Assembly (NCBI GenBank): GCA_020137815.1
Contig: CM035353.1
Coordinates: 7,688,001 to 7,752,000, forward strand
DNA: 64,000 nucleotides
DNA from: Hormiphora californensis
Lineage: Eukaryota; Animalia; Ctenophora
Reading direction: 5' to 3'
This document shows, piece after piece, positions 11,972 to 23,359 of the stretch. A program made the position numbers and the translations under genes. Each line of letters begins with the position of its first letter. Positions within the stretch are counted from its first letter, which is position 1. The notes beneath the pieces were generated by a model, which saw only the letters and a program-made list of their open reading frames with translations, was not told the DNA's origin and did not search any database.

Positions 11972-14954
11972 TCAATAAGAGTGCTTGTAGGACCTGTATA
12001 GAATTTCATCTTCATCTTCATCATCCATAGGGCTAAACAACTTTTCAAATCCTTCATTTCCCTTTGTGTAATAGGCAGTCCTGAGAGGGAGATAAGAGCA
12101 TTGAATAACAAATAGCAAACAACACCAAGTTATATTCCTGACACAATTTCACCACCCAAGATATGGTGCTAATTTCCTGATGGTGTCTTACTTGGGACAG
12201 AAGTATGCCTTGGTACAGATAGCAACAGCGAACACGCCCAGTACAACTATAAGGATGATAACTATAGACCTGATTAGTCCCTCTCCCTTAACATAGTGGT
12301 CGTACCAATGTTCATCCTGCAAGGTAGCTGTGTTAGTAAACAGCAGGTCCCACAGCAGGGAGTTAGATCTCTATTTAAATTAAGTAGAAAGTGACTGAGA
12401 CTGACTGAGAGTCTCAGTCAGTGAGTGTATATTTCAGCCCGCCCTCTCCTTTACTCAGACAAATGGATTGAAGAAGGGGCCCTCTCCCACTTGGTTAGTT
12501 ACCTGATGTCCAGGTACACTGAATATTCTCTTTTGGGTACATTCCTCTGTTATACTACCAATCTGGGAACTCTCTGGAAGGAGCACATTTTATTAAATTA
12601 AAGAAAGGAAGAAAAAGCAACTACAGTCGGACCCCGATTTAGTGGCCCCCGATTTAGTGGCACCCCGATTTAGTGGCAGGATTTTTCCCCCCGATATATA
12701 GAAAACTAACATTATTTGACCCCAATTTAGTGGCACCCCAATTTAGTGGCAGGATTTTTTCCCCCGAGGATGCCACTAAATCGGGGTCCGGCTGTAGTAT
12801 AATGTAGCTTGTGTATACGAGGGGTGATGGTTACTTACCAGTGTAATACATTAGGTAGAGATTGCACATTTCATCATTATGAGTTGATCCAATAGATATT
12901 GTTCTGTTTGTACTCCTCGTATCGAACTCACACCTGATGATGTGAGTTGTTACTTGGTGTCAGGAACTGTTAGGATACATGCCACATGCCACACACAACA
13001 GTAATAACTAGAGTAGTCTCATAATAATAGTAACAACTGTCCTAGATACACAATAGTAACTACAGCTGGTAATAGTAACTACTCGTACCTTGCATAAACA
13101 GTATCCCCAGGTGTTATTACAAAGACCTCGCTGGTCTTAACAAACATCTCACTAAGATTGGGATCTCTTGATCCTAACATATCCCAGTCACCTTCGTGCT
13201 CTCTCCACCCACTTATCTGCAGGGAGGGGGTGTAAATTGAGTTGGATAAACTACCCAATGAAATTTAGGTCTATCTCATATTGTTGATGGTCCTTGTCCC
13301 GGAGAGTGCTGTACTCACGGTTGCGAGGAGCTATTAACACACCTATCTCATACTAATCTCACTGGATTCTCTCTCTCTCTCTCTTACCCGTCTAGCCCAG
13401 GTATGGCCATGTGTTCTGTAAGCGAAGACGTTAATTGCAGGGGCGGTATAGTTGCAAGCTAGGTCGAGGTGGATATCTTTCTGGCCAGGGGGGAAGGTGC
13501 CCTCTAGAGCCATGAACAGGTAGATGCCCGCACTGTACCGGGTAGGGGAGGAATTGAAGAACACATCAACTCCGGAGGTATCCTTGTAGTCATCAGGCTG
13601 GGCCAACTGAAATTGTTAATGTTGTACTGATATATCTAATTACAGAGGTCGCCGGAATACCTTCTTACTACTACTGATATATTTAGGTAACTAGTATTTA
13701 CTGAGTAACACGTAGTAACTAGTAACAAGTAGTAACTAGTAGCAACTAGCAGTAACTAGTAGTAACTAGTAGTAACTAGTAGCAACTAGTAGTAACTAGT
13801 AGTAACTAGTAGTAACTAGTAGTAACTAGTAGTAACTAGTAGTAACTAGTAGTAACTAGTAGTAACTATAGTAGCTCTACCTTGTAATGAAGCTGTGCCA
13901 CGAGATATCTAATACGTTTGTTCCCTGCCTCTATGCTAACATTAGCAGGAAAGGCAAATTTGGGTGCGTCTAGAGCCCATGCCCACAATATAACACCCTC
14001 GCCATCTTTACAGGTCCCTCCGCCCAGCCATGGGTCTGTACTAGGGATCTGGTAGGGGGTAAGGATGGGTTAACAGGGGTCTGTACTAGGGATCTGGTAG
14101 GGGGTTAGGATGGGTTAACAGGGGTCTCTAATACTAGAAATCAGTACAGATCAGTAATCAGGGTGTCACAGTGTTCAGGTGACCTACATCGGGGCATCCA
14201 TACAGTAAAAGATGGTGAACTACACTAGATTTAGCAGCAGCTCTGTACCCCGTTATATACACTGTATCCTTCACTTCAGTGGGTACATGCCAGTACATGT
14301 CGTCTTTAGGTACCTGGATACCTGGGGGAGAGTGGGAATTAGGTACCTGGATACCTGCATGGGAGAGTGGGAATTAGGTACCTGGATACCTGTGGGAGAG
14401 TGGGAATTAGGTACCTGGATACCTGGGGGAGAGTGGGAATTAGGTACCTGGATACCTGGGGGAGAGGGGGAATTAGGTACCTGGATACCTGGGGGAGAGT
14501 AGGAATTAGGTACCTGGATACCTGGGGGAGAGTAGGAATTAGGTACCTGGATACCTGGGGGAGAGTGGGAATTAGGTACCTGGATACCTGGGGGAGAGTG
14601 GGAATTAGGTACCTGGATACCTGGGGGAGAGTGGGAATTAGGTACCTGGATACCTGGGGGAGGGTGGGAATTAGGTACCTGGATACCTGGGGGAGAGTGG
14701 GAATTAGGTACCTGGATACCTGGGGGAGAGTGGGAATTAGGTACCTGGATACCTAATATGGACTTTAGATGACCTGGGATACTGACTCGAGGACAGTCGG
14801 GGAGATTAGAATGGCTATAATAGTGGAGGGATGGGTTGTATCTAGATAATCAGATGTTACAAGAAGGTTAACACATACCTGGCATTCTAATCTCAATAAT
14901 ATCATCGTCTCCCAACACAAAGGCAAATAATACCGTCAATAGTAACACTGACAT
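11972..14954 (-). CDS. PHM: Monofunctional membrane-anchored peptidylglycine alpha-hydroxylating monooxygenase (no PAL domain), 9 exons, about 374 aa
   Basis: Phase-consistent exons 14879-14954, 14188-14321, 13881-14048, 13388-13606, 13089-13216, 12839-12933, 12503-12573, 12192-12316, 11972-12080. Signal peptide, IRMPG, VHHLLLYGC, LWAWALDAP, AQLHY, YRTHGH, DEMCNLY, TM SIVIILIVVLGVFAVAIC, tail GFEKLFSPMDDEDEDE. Confidence 0.9.
12624..12794. mobile_element. Tc1/mariner-pogo-type MITE
   Basis: TIR cagtcggaccccgatttagtggc...gccactaaatcggggtccggctg with TA on both sides. Confidence 0.8.
13712..13868. repeat. 10-bp minisatellite (agtaactagt)n
   Basis: About 14 direct copies in a PHM intron. Confidence 0.9.
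14309..14755. repeat. 33-bp minisatellite made of a 3' splice site plus exon start
   Basis: Minus-strand unit ctaattcccactctcccccag|GTATCCAGGTAC, about 13 copies; the last copy is the PHM exon 2 acceptor. Confidence 0.9.
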
Positions 14955-15123
14955 GCTAGAGAGATTGGTATAAAGTTAAGAACAAACAAGTCCGAGACCC
15001 GTCTATTTAACACTCTCCAAACAAGTCTGCAGGGTTCAAGGTACACAAAGGGCAAAACACATGGTACGGTTAATGTACACACAAAGCATGACAGGCAGAA
15101 GGTGCCAGCACAGAAAGGGGGGC

Positions 15124-15185
<62 letters not shown>

Positions 15186-16167
15186 AAAGTAGAGGGGAGA
15201 GGTAAAGTGCGGCCCCAGTAAAGTCTCCCTGCTTTTTCCCTCTCCCAGAACATGCCTTGTTAGCTTGTTGGGTTGTTTGGGATATATATGTTTCCCGCAT
15301 CTTTACCACCTAACTGAAGCGTTAAACGACTTCCTTTTTGTCCAACCCGCATTCTCATGTAACACAAATTATCTGGAAGTCACGTGTACAATTCACTCTA
15401 TTGTTACTTGAGTACAATCTTGTTAGAAAATTTAAACGGATGTTACTGTTTCAAGAGCGTGTACTGACCAAGTGATCTCAGTGTATCTAGAGCGTGTACT
15501 GACCAAGTGATCTCAGTGTATCTAGAGCGTGACTGTGTACCATTAAAATTCATTGAGATAGAAGCTAGTTACAGAGTTAGAATTGATCATGTTTATTGAC
15601 TGTCTATGTTGGAAATAATTTTGATGTGGATATTTGCCATTTGGATATTGCCAGTAAATACTCGACTGGCAGTTTGAAATTATTGTTGGTTTAATTGTTG
15701 CATTGCCAACTTTATTAACTAATCGCTCGTTTCCTTATAAGTGAGTTCTTCATATTCTCTCTCTCTCTTGCCCCTGGGCACCCATCACTCACTTTAGTAA
15801 AGCATAGCTCTCTCCTGCCCCGTACAGGTGCACTGCAATTACACTAGAGACCGAGGCTTGCTCTCTCTCTCTCTTCCTTGCAGTGGCCTCATTCTCTCTC
15901 AGCTATCTCTCTGGTCTCTCTTACTTTCTCTGCTCCCTCTCTCTGTACTCTCTTTCCTCTAGATCTCCCTGCCTCTCTGCTCTCTATGCGGGTGTATTTC
16001 CCCGCTACCCTGAGTTAGTACCCTTTGTGTATAGATCTCAACCATCTCTCTCTCTGTTGGTCTGCCTGTTCTATGAGGTGTAGAGAATTCCCAGATATTT
16101 TGCTATTTTCCTCTACTATTTATATTTAATTTAACATGAGCGTGTCTAGAAATGTAATTTGTTTGAC

Positions 16168-16933
16168 ATGACGAGTTCGAAATCCAAGGTGCTGTCTTCC
16201 CTTGAATTCGAGAAAGACGAGGAAGGGAGTAAAAAGGAAAATGAAGGAGAGTTACCTTTACCGAAAATACCAAAGCAACGAGGTCAGTAGTATGTCATCA
16301 CTATGTCACGTATCCATGTTAATATTATTAAATGTTGTATTTTTCAGGGGGACCATTATTTGATGACGACTCTGAGAGCACCTCTCTGCTGTACAATGGG
16401 AGCTCAGAAAAGAGAGCACTGATAAGAGAGAGCTCAATCTCACTAACAAGCCCCCAACACCCCAAACAAGGCAAGATCACTCTACAGGAGTTCGACTATG
16501 ACGCCGGAGAGGTATGTTGTTGTTGTGAGCTGATTCTTCAATCACGCTATATAAGTTACAATTGCAATAACTCTCTTCTGCCCAGGCAAGAACATACACG
16601 GAACCCTCCACTAACTTCTGTTTGGCGGTGGTGTCCTCATTCTTTTGTGTTGTAGTTGGGATATTTGCAATCAGTCACTCTGTTCAGGCGCACTACTATA
16701 AAGAGGTAACACACCCTACATGTTATATATTGGAACTACTATTTAGTAGTAACACATACCTCACATGTCTATACCTCACACACATATCTCTCTCTCTCCA
16801 GGCTGGAATCATGTCCCTCGCGGAGACCCACGGTTCTAAGGCGGCACATCTCTCTGTTGTGGCGATAATCATGGGTCTTATCATTGTCATGTGGATCTCA
16901 ATTATTCATATCATGCTTCAGAGTAATGCTTAG
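16168..16933 (+). CDS. CD225/dispanin-family (IFITM/PRRT-like) membrane protein, 4 exons, about 176 aa
   Basis: Exons 16168-16282, 16348-16511, 16586-16705, 16802-16933 in phase. C-terminal PSTNFCLAVVSSFFCVVVGIFAISHSVQA...AG...A...SKAAHLSVVAIIMG matches the CD225 two-hydrophobic-segment pattern. Confidence 0.75.
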
Positions 16934-17389
16934 AGAATTGGACAGAATGATTTTTAGTGAAAAATACTTTGCTGTTGTTTCTGATTTATCACTTGTGTAT
17001 GTATTTATGGTTTTTAATAAGATGAGATTTTTTGTTTGAAATGTTGATGTATCTCCCCACGTGCAGAATGGCAGTGCAGAATGCTATTGGAAATTGCTGT
17101 GGTATCCCCCTGGGATTAAGTCGGAGTATGTTTTGTGGTAGGTCCACTTCTAGATAGCTGAAGGCCACCCATTCCCCCTGTTACGTGGGAGGGGTCTACC
17201 TTTCTATCAAAAGAACTCAAAAGCAAGAGCAAACTGGGTTATAAGCGAGTTATTCTTTTTCGTCCAATTAAAGTGAAAGGTACAGGGAAAGTTTGACAAG
17301 ATTCTAGATAAATTGTATGCTGTTATATATTCTTGGTCCATAACTTCAACTTTGGTAAAAAAATTCTTCGGCAGGTCGGTAGAACTTCG

Positions 17390-17552
17390 ACAGAATTTAG
17401 GGCAGGTCAATTTAGGCCTTAGGGCAGGTCTGAATTTAGGGCAGCTCTGAATTTAGGGCGGGTCTGAATTTAGGGCAGGTCTGAATTTAGGGCAGGTCTG
17501 AATTTAGGGCAGGTCAATTTAGGGCAGGTCTGAATTTAGGGCAGGTCTGAAT
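17390..17552. repeat. 17-bp minisatellite (gaatttagggcaggtct)n
   Basis: About 9 direct copies. Confidence 0.85.
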
Positions 17553-17759
17553 ACTCAGAGTGACTGAGAGTTAGTCGGATGATAGGTATTTAATGATCAT
17601 ATGATGGTTGAAAGTGAGTTAGGAGGATACAAATATTTAGGAATTCTTTGGGGGAGATCTAATACTATTTACTTGTTACAATAGTTATGGAGAAATATTA
17701 GAAGATAAGAATTTGGGTCAATGTTTTAGATGAGTAGGAATAGCGAGAAGCCACGTACA

Positions 17760-18300
17760 GAGAATTCTTCTGGAGAAGGCACAGCAGCAATTCCCTACTC
17801 TGTAGCTTCACAATCACTGGTCTCTCTCTTCCTCCCCGTTTGAAACCCACCCTTTGAGCTTCTATGGTCGGATTCTCACCTAGCTCAGCCAAAACATTTT
17901 CTATTTCAACACAGATTCAGTTTCATTCTCACATTCCGAAAGTCTAAACACCGTCAGATGTTTCGATCTGTCTGCGCCGGTATCAACTGGCTTGGACGAA
18001 GCTTTTTCCACGGCTTTCTGAATCTTTTTCGGTGCAAAAGAAGTCCTACAATTCTGCGTAATGACCACCGAGAAAGTACACAAATCTTTCTGTACCGCCT
18101 CAGTAACTGCAGTTGCTTACCCTGAAGTTCAAAAACCTGGCAGCACTTCTCAAAACATTATCACACTCCACTTTCAATTTCTCCTCCTGCCCCTGCAACT
18201 CGAGAGATTTTCTCAATAGTTCGTCTCGCTCCTCTTTGAGTTCGTCTCAATCCTCTTTGAGTTCAATCTCAGAAGATTTGTCGGCAAAGATATGACGTTC
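17760..18300 (-). pseudogene. Decayed LINE ORF1-like fragment
   Basis: Interrupted frames: a coiled-coil-like stretch, then DRSKHLTVFRLSE..., ...QRVGFKRGGRERPVIVKLQS, resembling CR1/L2 ORF1; stops and frameshifts. Confidence 0.4.
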
Positions 18301-18819
18301 AAAGAGTTTTAGAACGAGAAAGACTGCGTAGCTCAGTTTTTGTAACTCAGATGTCGTGTGTACCGCGTCGATCTTAATTGTTGACGGAATTTCACATCAA
18401 GGATAAGATCTAACACATCAAATTATCCGCCACATTCCCATTCACAACGTACAATAAAGTGTCCTCCCGATCAAAACTCGATTCTAAAGCGCTTCATTAA
18501 TATAAATATGATGAGGAAAGTGGAAGGGGGCAGGCCGTGGCTGTCTTCTTTTTCTGTCACAACTTCCGGGGGTTCCACCAAGGGGGGTTCCACCTACGGG
18601 TTCACACCCAAGTGGGCCACTCACCAGCACTACACCAGTGTCGTATCGACCAAATCGCAATGACGTAAGTCGCGATAGTTCTTTAGGACCTCACACCCGA
18701 CACTTGCAGAAGAAGAATATTAATACAAATATGGCCAATTTGAGTAAATAGAGAATCGATAGCACTATTATTATTTCATTTATTAAATCTATATAACTTA
18801 CACAATTTAATTGTATAGC

Positions 18820-21800
18820 ACTAACCGATAACCCCAAACAAATCGCCTGCCCCCAAACAGACCCTGACAACAGCCCTAACCCGTCTCGACTGCCAAAATC
18901 GATGAAGGCATCCAGATTTTAAGGGCGCCGTTACGATCTGGGTGTTTGATGGGCTGTTTACAGCTGCGCCCTTCCAAAAAAGTTGATTCACTAAATAAAA
19001 ATGGCTCTCCCCGAAGTTCGGGCCCGAAGGCCGAACCACTCAACCGTTTTGGCTAATTCAAAGTTTATCTGGTAGGAAATATCAAGGCCTCACCCCAACC
19101 CAAGCCCCAGCCCTAACCCTACGGCCTACTTTAGCCCTAACCCTAAAATACGAGTTGTCCTAGAAATAGCGGAGGACACACTCTGTAAGAAGGCAGAACC
19201 ACGAACAACCAAGCCCAAGAAGATCTCTGAACCCTTCAAAAGAAAAGCAAGGAAAATTAAAACGAAACTAGAGCTTGATCTGGATCCCTTTGAAAAGAAG
19301 CTATTACGAAACCAACTCATAGACAATGACGAAGAAATGAAAAAGGAGATCCGGCAGAACCTAGACCGTGGAGAAGAGAAGGCGGTTGATACGATTAAGG
19401 ATAATCCCAGATTCTTCTACACTTACGTGAAGAAACGATCCAAAACTGCGTCATCCGTTGCCCCCCTAAGAAGAGTAGACGGCAGCCTTACAACAGAAAG
19501 TGCAGAAAAAGCACAACTGTTGCAGAACCAGTATACTCGGGTGTTCAGTGACCCTACAAAAGTCGAAGTGAATGCCAGCCTCTCCTGGATTAAATCGGAA
19601 CCAGAAGCTATCCTTGATGATTTTGACTTTACCCCCGAGGATATCAAAGCTGCCCTGAAAGAAATCGACCCGTACGGCTCAGCACCCGACGGAGATATCC
19701 CTGCAAGGATACTTTATGAGTGCAGAGCACAGCTTGCCTACCCACTTTGGCTCCTTTGGAGAAGATCGATGGACAGTGAAACCATCCCCCCGTCTCTCAA
19801 AAATCAATACATTGTCCCAATATTTAAAAAAGGCGACAAGACTAACCCCGCCAACTATCGACCGGTATCACTAACGTCGAATATCATCAAGACGTTTGAG
19901 AGAGTGATGAGAAACCGTTTAGTTGACTTCCTTGAGGAGAGCAAAGTGTTTCCCGAATCGCAGCACGGTTTCCGCAAAAGAAGAAGCTGCCTTACCCAAC
20001 TCATCGAGCATGTGGACTCAATACTCAAGGAACTCAGAGAAGGAAATGAAGTCGATGTCATTTACGTCGACTATGCCAAAGCGTTCGATAAGGTTGATAT
20101 AAATGTCCTCCTGGCCAAACTCGAACGGTATGGAATCCAAGGGAAAACCCTCAACTGGATACGGTGTTTCCTAACAAACAGATACCAAACAGTTGTTGTG
20201 GATGGAAAAAAGTCTTCGTGGGAAATAGTTCGAAGTGGTGTTCCACAGGGGACAGTGCTTGGCCCTCCACTATTTATTCTTTATGTGGCAGATCTAAACT
20301 CCGCTGTCCTTAACTCAACCACGAAAACCCTGGCAGATGATACAAAACTGATTAAAGGGATCCAAACTGAGGATTCTCACACCCAACTACAAGAAGATCT
20401 TACGGAGGTAGGAAGATGGTCAAAAACAAACAACATGAGCCTCAACGAAGATAAATTTGAAGTGCTACATTACACCCTCAACAAAACCTTCCTCCTAAAG
20501 CAACTGCCTTTCGTCGCTGAACTGGAGACGTACTACACACCTGAAGGACTTGAAATCGAACCAAAGGAATGTGTTCGAGATCTAGGGATTCAGTTGTCAA
20601 ATACCCTGTCTTGGGAAAACCAAATCGGAAAAATGACCTCTGATGCTAGGCGGATAAGTGCGTGGGTTCTACGGGCGTTTAAGACCAGAGCCAAGAGAAC
20701 TATGCTAATTCTCTACAAAAGCCTTGTACGCAGTAAGCTTGAGTACTGCTGTCCACTTTGGGACTCTCCAAAAATCTCCAATATCCAACAAGTTGAGACA
20801 ATCCAAAGGAAATTCACAAAGAGGATCCAGGATATGTGCAATTTAAACTATTGGGACCGCCTGAAGAGGCTGGGGATCCTCTCGCTTCAGCGAAGGCGAG
20901 AACGCTACTCCATCATCATGGTCTGGAAAATGGCCAACGGTGAAGCGCCAAACAATATCGGGATCCGCTTTTACCAAAATGATCGCCTCGGACTACGAGC
21001 GGAGGTGCCAACGTGTCCCACTACCACACAGTCGTCGGTGGCCACGAAATTCCACAACTCCTTCGCTTCTAGAGCGACCCGACTATGGAACACTCTCCCA
21101 AGTGATGTGAACTCAGCCAAAAACCTCTCTGCGTTCAAAGTACTTCTTGGGGAATGGTTGAAGAGGATGCCGGACAGACCCCCGGTACCTGGATATACCA
21201 GACAAAATAACAACTCAATTCTGGACTGGATACTCCTTGTATCCAGGGAGGGGGAGGCTCTGTGAGGAGCTGACACCGGTACAGCATCTGTACGAAGCCA
21301 TTTACAAGATTACAAGATTACAAGAAACCGTTCGTCAGCACTCAGCGGTCAGCACTCTCCAAACACCCAGATTTTTACGCTGGCCAGATTTTTTAACTTT
21401 GCCCGGTGACGCGACCGCGACGAGAATTTACTGAAAAAGTCAAAATTCAAACTGCGAAGCCACGAAATGTAACGCGCGAGCTTTAGCCACTGATAAATGG
21501 TGAAAGCGCTGCCAAATTTTAGCTCTTATCAAGCCGCGCGCTCTGAATTTAAAACCGCGACCGGTCTTGAACGGCTTTCGGAATCTTTTAAAAATCAAAA
21601 TCCTTTCTCGGGTGCTTTCAAATTGTTTGAAAAGCGATGCCTTATCCCGCGCTGTCGGGGGCCAGCAACGTTTGCCAATCAAATTGTCAAAATTAGCACA
21701 AAACGGCCCCCTACACCCCCGCCGGGGCTGCGCCCCTGGGCCCCGCAGGTGGGGGGTTTCACACCCCCTGACCCGGGCTACCGCCCAAAACCCCTGGACG

Positions 21801-22180
21801 CACAGGGACGCGCTGGGCCTGCGGCCCAGCGCGATCTGGGTGGTTGGTCACCAACCGTTGGTGGCCAGGTTGGGGTTAGGCCTTGACATTTCCTAGTTTC
21901 TACCATATAAACTTTGGATTAGCCCAAACGGTTGAGTGGTTTGGCAGTTAGAGCAATTTTAGTGAATCAACTTATTTGGAAGCGTGTACCAGTAAACATG
22001 CCACGGTGGGCTAATTCAAAGTTTATATGGTAGGAACTATGAAATGTTCCTATCCCCAACCCAAACCCCATTCCTAGTCACTAACCCTAGTCCCTAACCC
22101 TACTTTAGAGTTTAGCTATAAGGCCTAACCCTAAAAAACCATTTGTCATCACTCACCAAACACCCAGATTTTAACGCTGA
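18820..22180. mobile_element. Nest of a dispersed non-autonomous repeat family with taaccct/agggtta tracts, interrupted by a LINE
   Basis: Blocks cacccagatcgtaacggcgcc, aactttggattagccNaaacggttgagtggtt, ccttatcccgcgctgt and cctaaccctaa recur at 18.8-19.15, 21.3-22.2 and 58.0-60.6 kb. Helitron/Helentron affinity is only a guess. Confidence 0.6.
19149..21324 (+). mobile_element. 5'-truncated CR1-like LINE; RT ORF 19337..21265
   Basis: NYRPVSLTS, QHGFR, DYAKAFDKV, SGVPQGTVLGP, LADD (variant of Y/FADD), RDLG, LEYC, LWNTLP; 3' tail (TTACAAGA)n at 21302-21324; no endonuclease domain. Confidence 0.9.
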
Positions 22181-22331
22181 CCTCCTTTTCCTGTTCTCTC
22201 TGGTTTCTATCTTTCAGCAACCCAGAAAGTGTGATTTGCTTTTGCCAAGCAGTATTTTTAGATACAATTCAAATCTTTAACTGTTATAATTTTAGTGCAA
22301 GGATAGCGGGTGTGGGGTCACACTTGGCATC

Positions 22332-23105
22332 ATGGGGTGCTGCCAATCAACTGAGAGCGACCAGATCTCTAATACGTTAATGGTTCAATTTGCAAGTAAC
22401 CAAAGTATTCAGACAAAATCAGGGCTCAGAGATCAAATCACTAAACGGGAATGGATAATGAAATATGGGTATCCCACAACAGACAACCTATTCCAGTATG
22501 AAGGTCATATCCTAGCTTACAGCAACTTCTTCAAGTGTCCCCTGTGGGTGTGTGAAGGTTTAACAAAAGATATGCTCGACAAGAAGTCCATTGACAGAGG
22601 TCAGAGGCGTTTTGAGAAGGTTGACCTGATTCCAGTTATGTTCCAAAGCAATTACAATGATTACAAGGTGAAGAATATTGATCGGGGTCACATGGCAGCA
22701 GCGGGCAACCATCATTACTCAGAACAGGCCCTATCTGATACATTCTTTCTCAACAATATCTGTGCTCAAACCAGGAATGTTAACCGATCGATATGGAAGG
22801 AGCTGGAGAACCACGTCAGGAAACTGGTAGGTCAGCATGGTACAGTTCATGTGATAACCGGGCCTCTCTTCTGTACAACCACCAAGTACCTTGAGATTCA
22901 GATGCTTGGTAAAAACAAGGTTGCCATGCCAACTCATTTCTTCAAAGCTCTCTGCTGGGCAGGGAGCATGGAGGGGTATATCATCCCTAATGAGGACACT
23001 GTCAGTGGAGAAATAGAACAGTATAAAGTTGGGACAATTTGTGAGATTGAGAAAGTTGCCGGGTTTAGAATTTTTGAGAAGGCCCAGGCTACACGAGAAG
23101 AATGA
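22332..23105 (+). CDS. Endonuclease G-like nuclease 1 with MGCCQS N-terminus
   Basis: Intronless ORF; KYGYP, PLWVCE, DRGHMAAAGNH, TFFLNNICAQ, WKELE, VITGPLF, MPTHFFK, IEKVAGF. Confidence 0.9.
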   Translation: MGCCQSTESDQISNTLMVQFASNQSIQTKSGLRDQITKREWIMKYGYPTTDNLFQYEGHILAYSNFFKCPLWVCEGLTKDMLDKKSIDRGQRRFEKVDLIPVMFQSNYNDYKVKNIDRGHMAAAGNHHYSEQALSDTFFLNNICAQTRNVNRSIWKELENHVRKLVGQHGTVHVITGPLFCTTTKYLEIQMLGKNKVAMPTHFFKALCWAGSMEGYIIPNEDTVSGEIEQYKVGTICEIEKVAGFRIFEKAQATREE

Positions 23106-23359
23106 CTATGGACCTCCCGTGAAATTATTTTAATTTTATCTGATTATGTTTTCCACAGCTCACTGATCTAACAAATGTGTTTTTTCAACATCTTTTTAAT
23201 TTTTATCACATCTGGATACTGTAACACAGATAAAATGATTGTTGTTTAATGTGTTCAGTTTTGTTTTACATTTTATTCGTGATGATATTGTGTTCTCTTA
23301 TGTTTTACCACCATAATAACTTCCCATATAACCTATTTACAGCTGTACCGAGTTATGTC

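Noticed and set aside
14212-14756. Repetitive ORFs and a CRISPR-like appearance of tandem arrays (also 3805-4320, 29547-29891, 32706-34015, 37750-38355)
   Set aside because: Head-to-tail minisatellites with no unique spacers and no cas genes, in introns or upstream regions of a eukaryotic locus.
23249-23359. Hydrophobic N-terminal extension or signal peptide on nuclease 2
   Set aside because: It is the T-rich tract upstream of the acceptor at 23342, and the paralogs start at MGCC; not fully excluded without 5' RACE.
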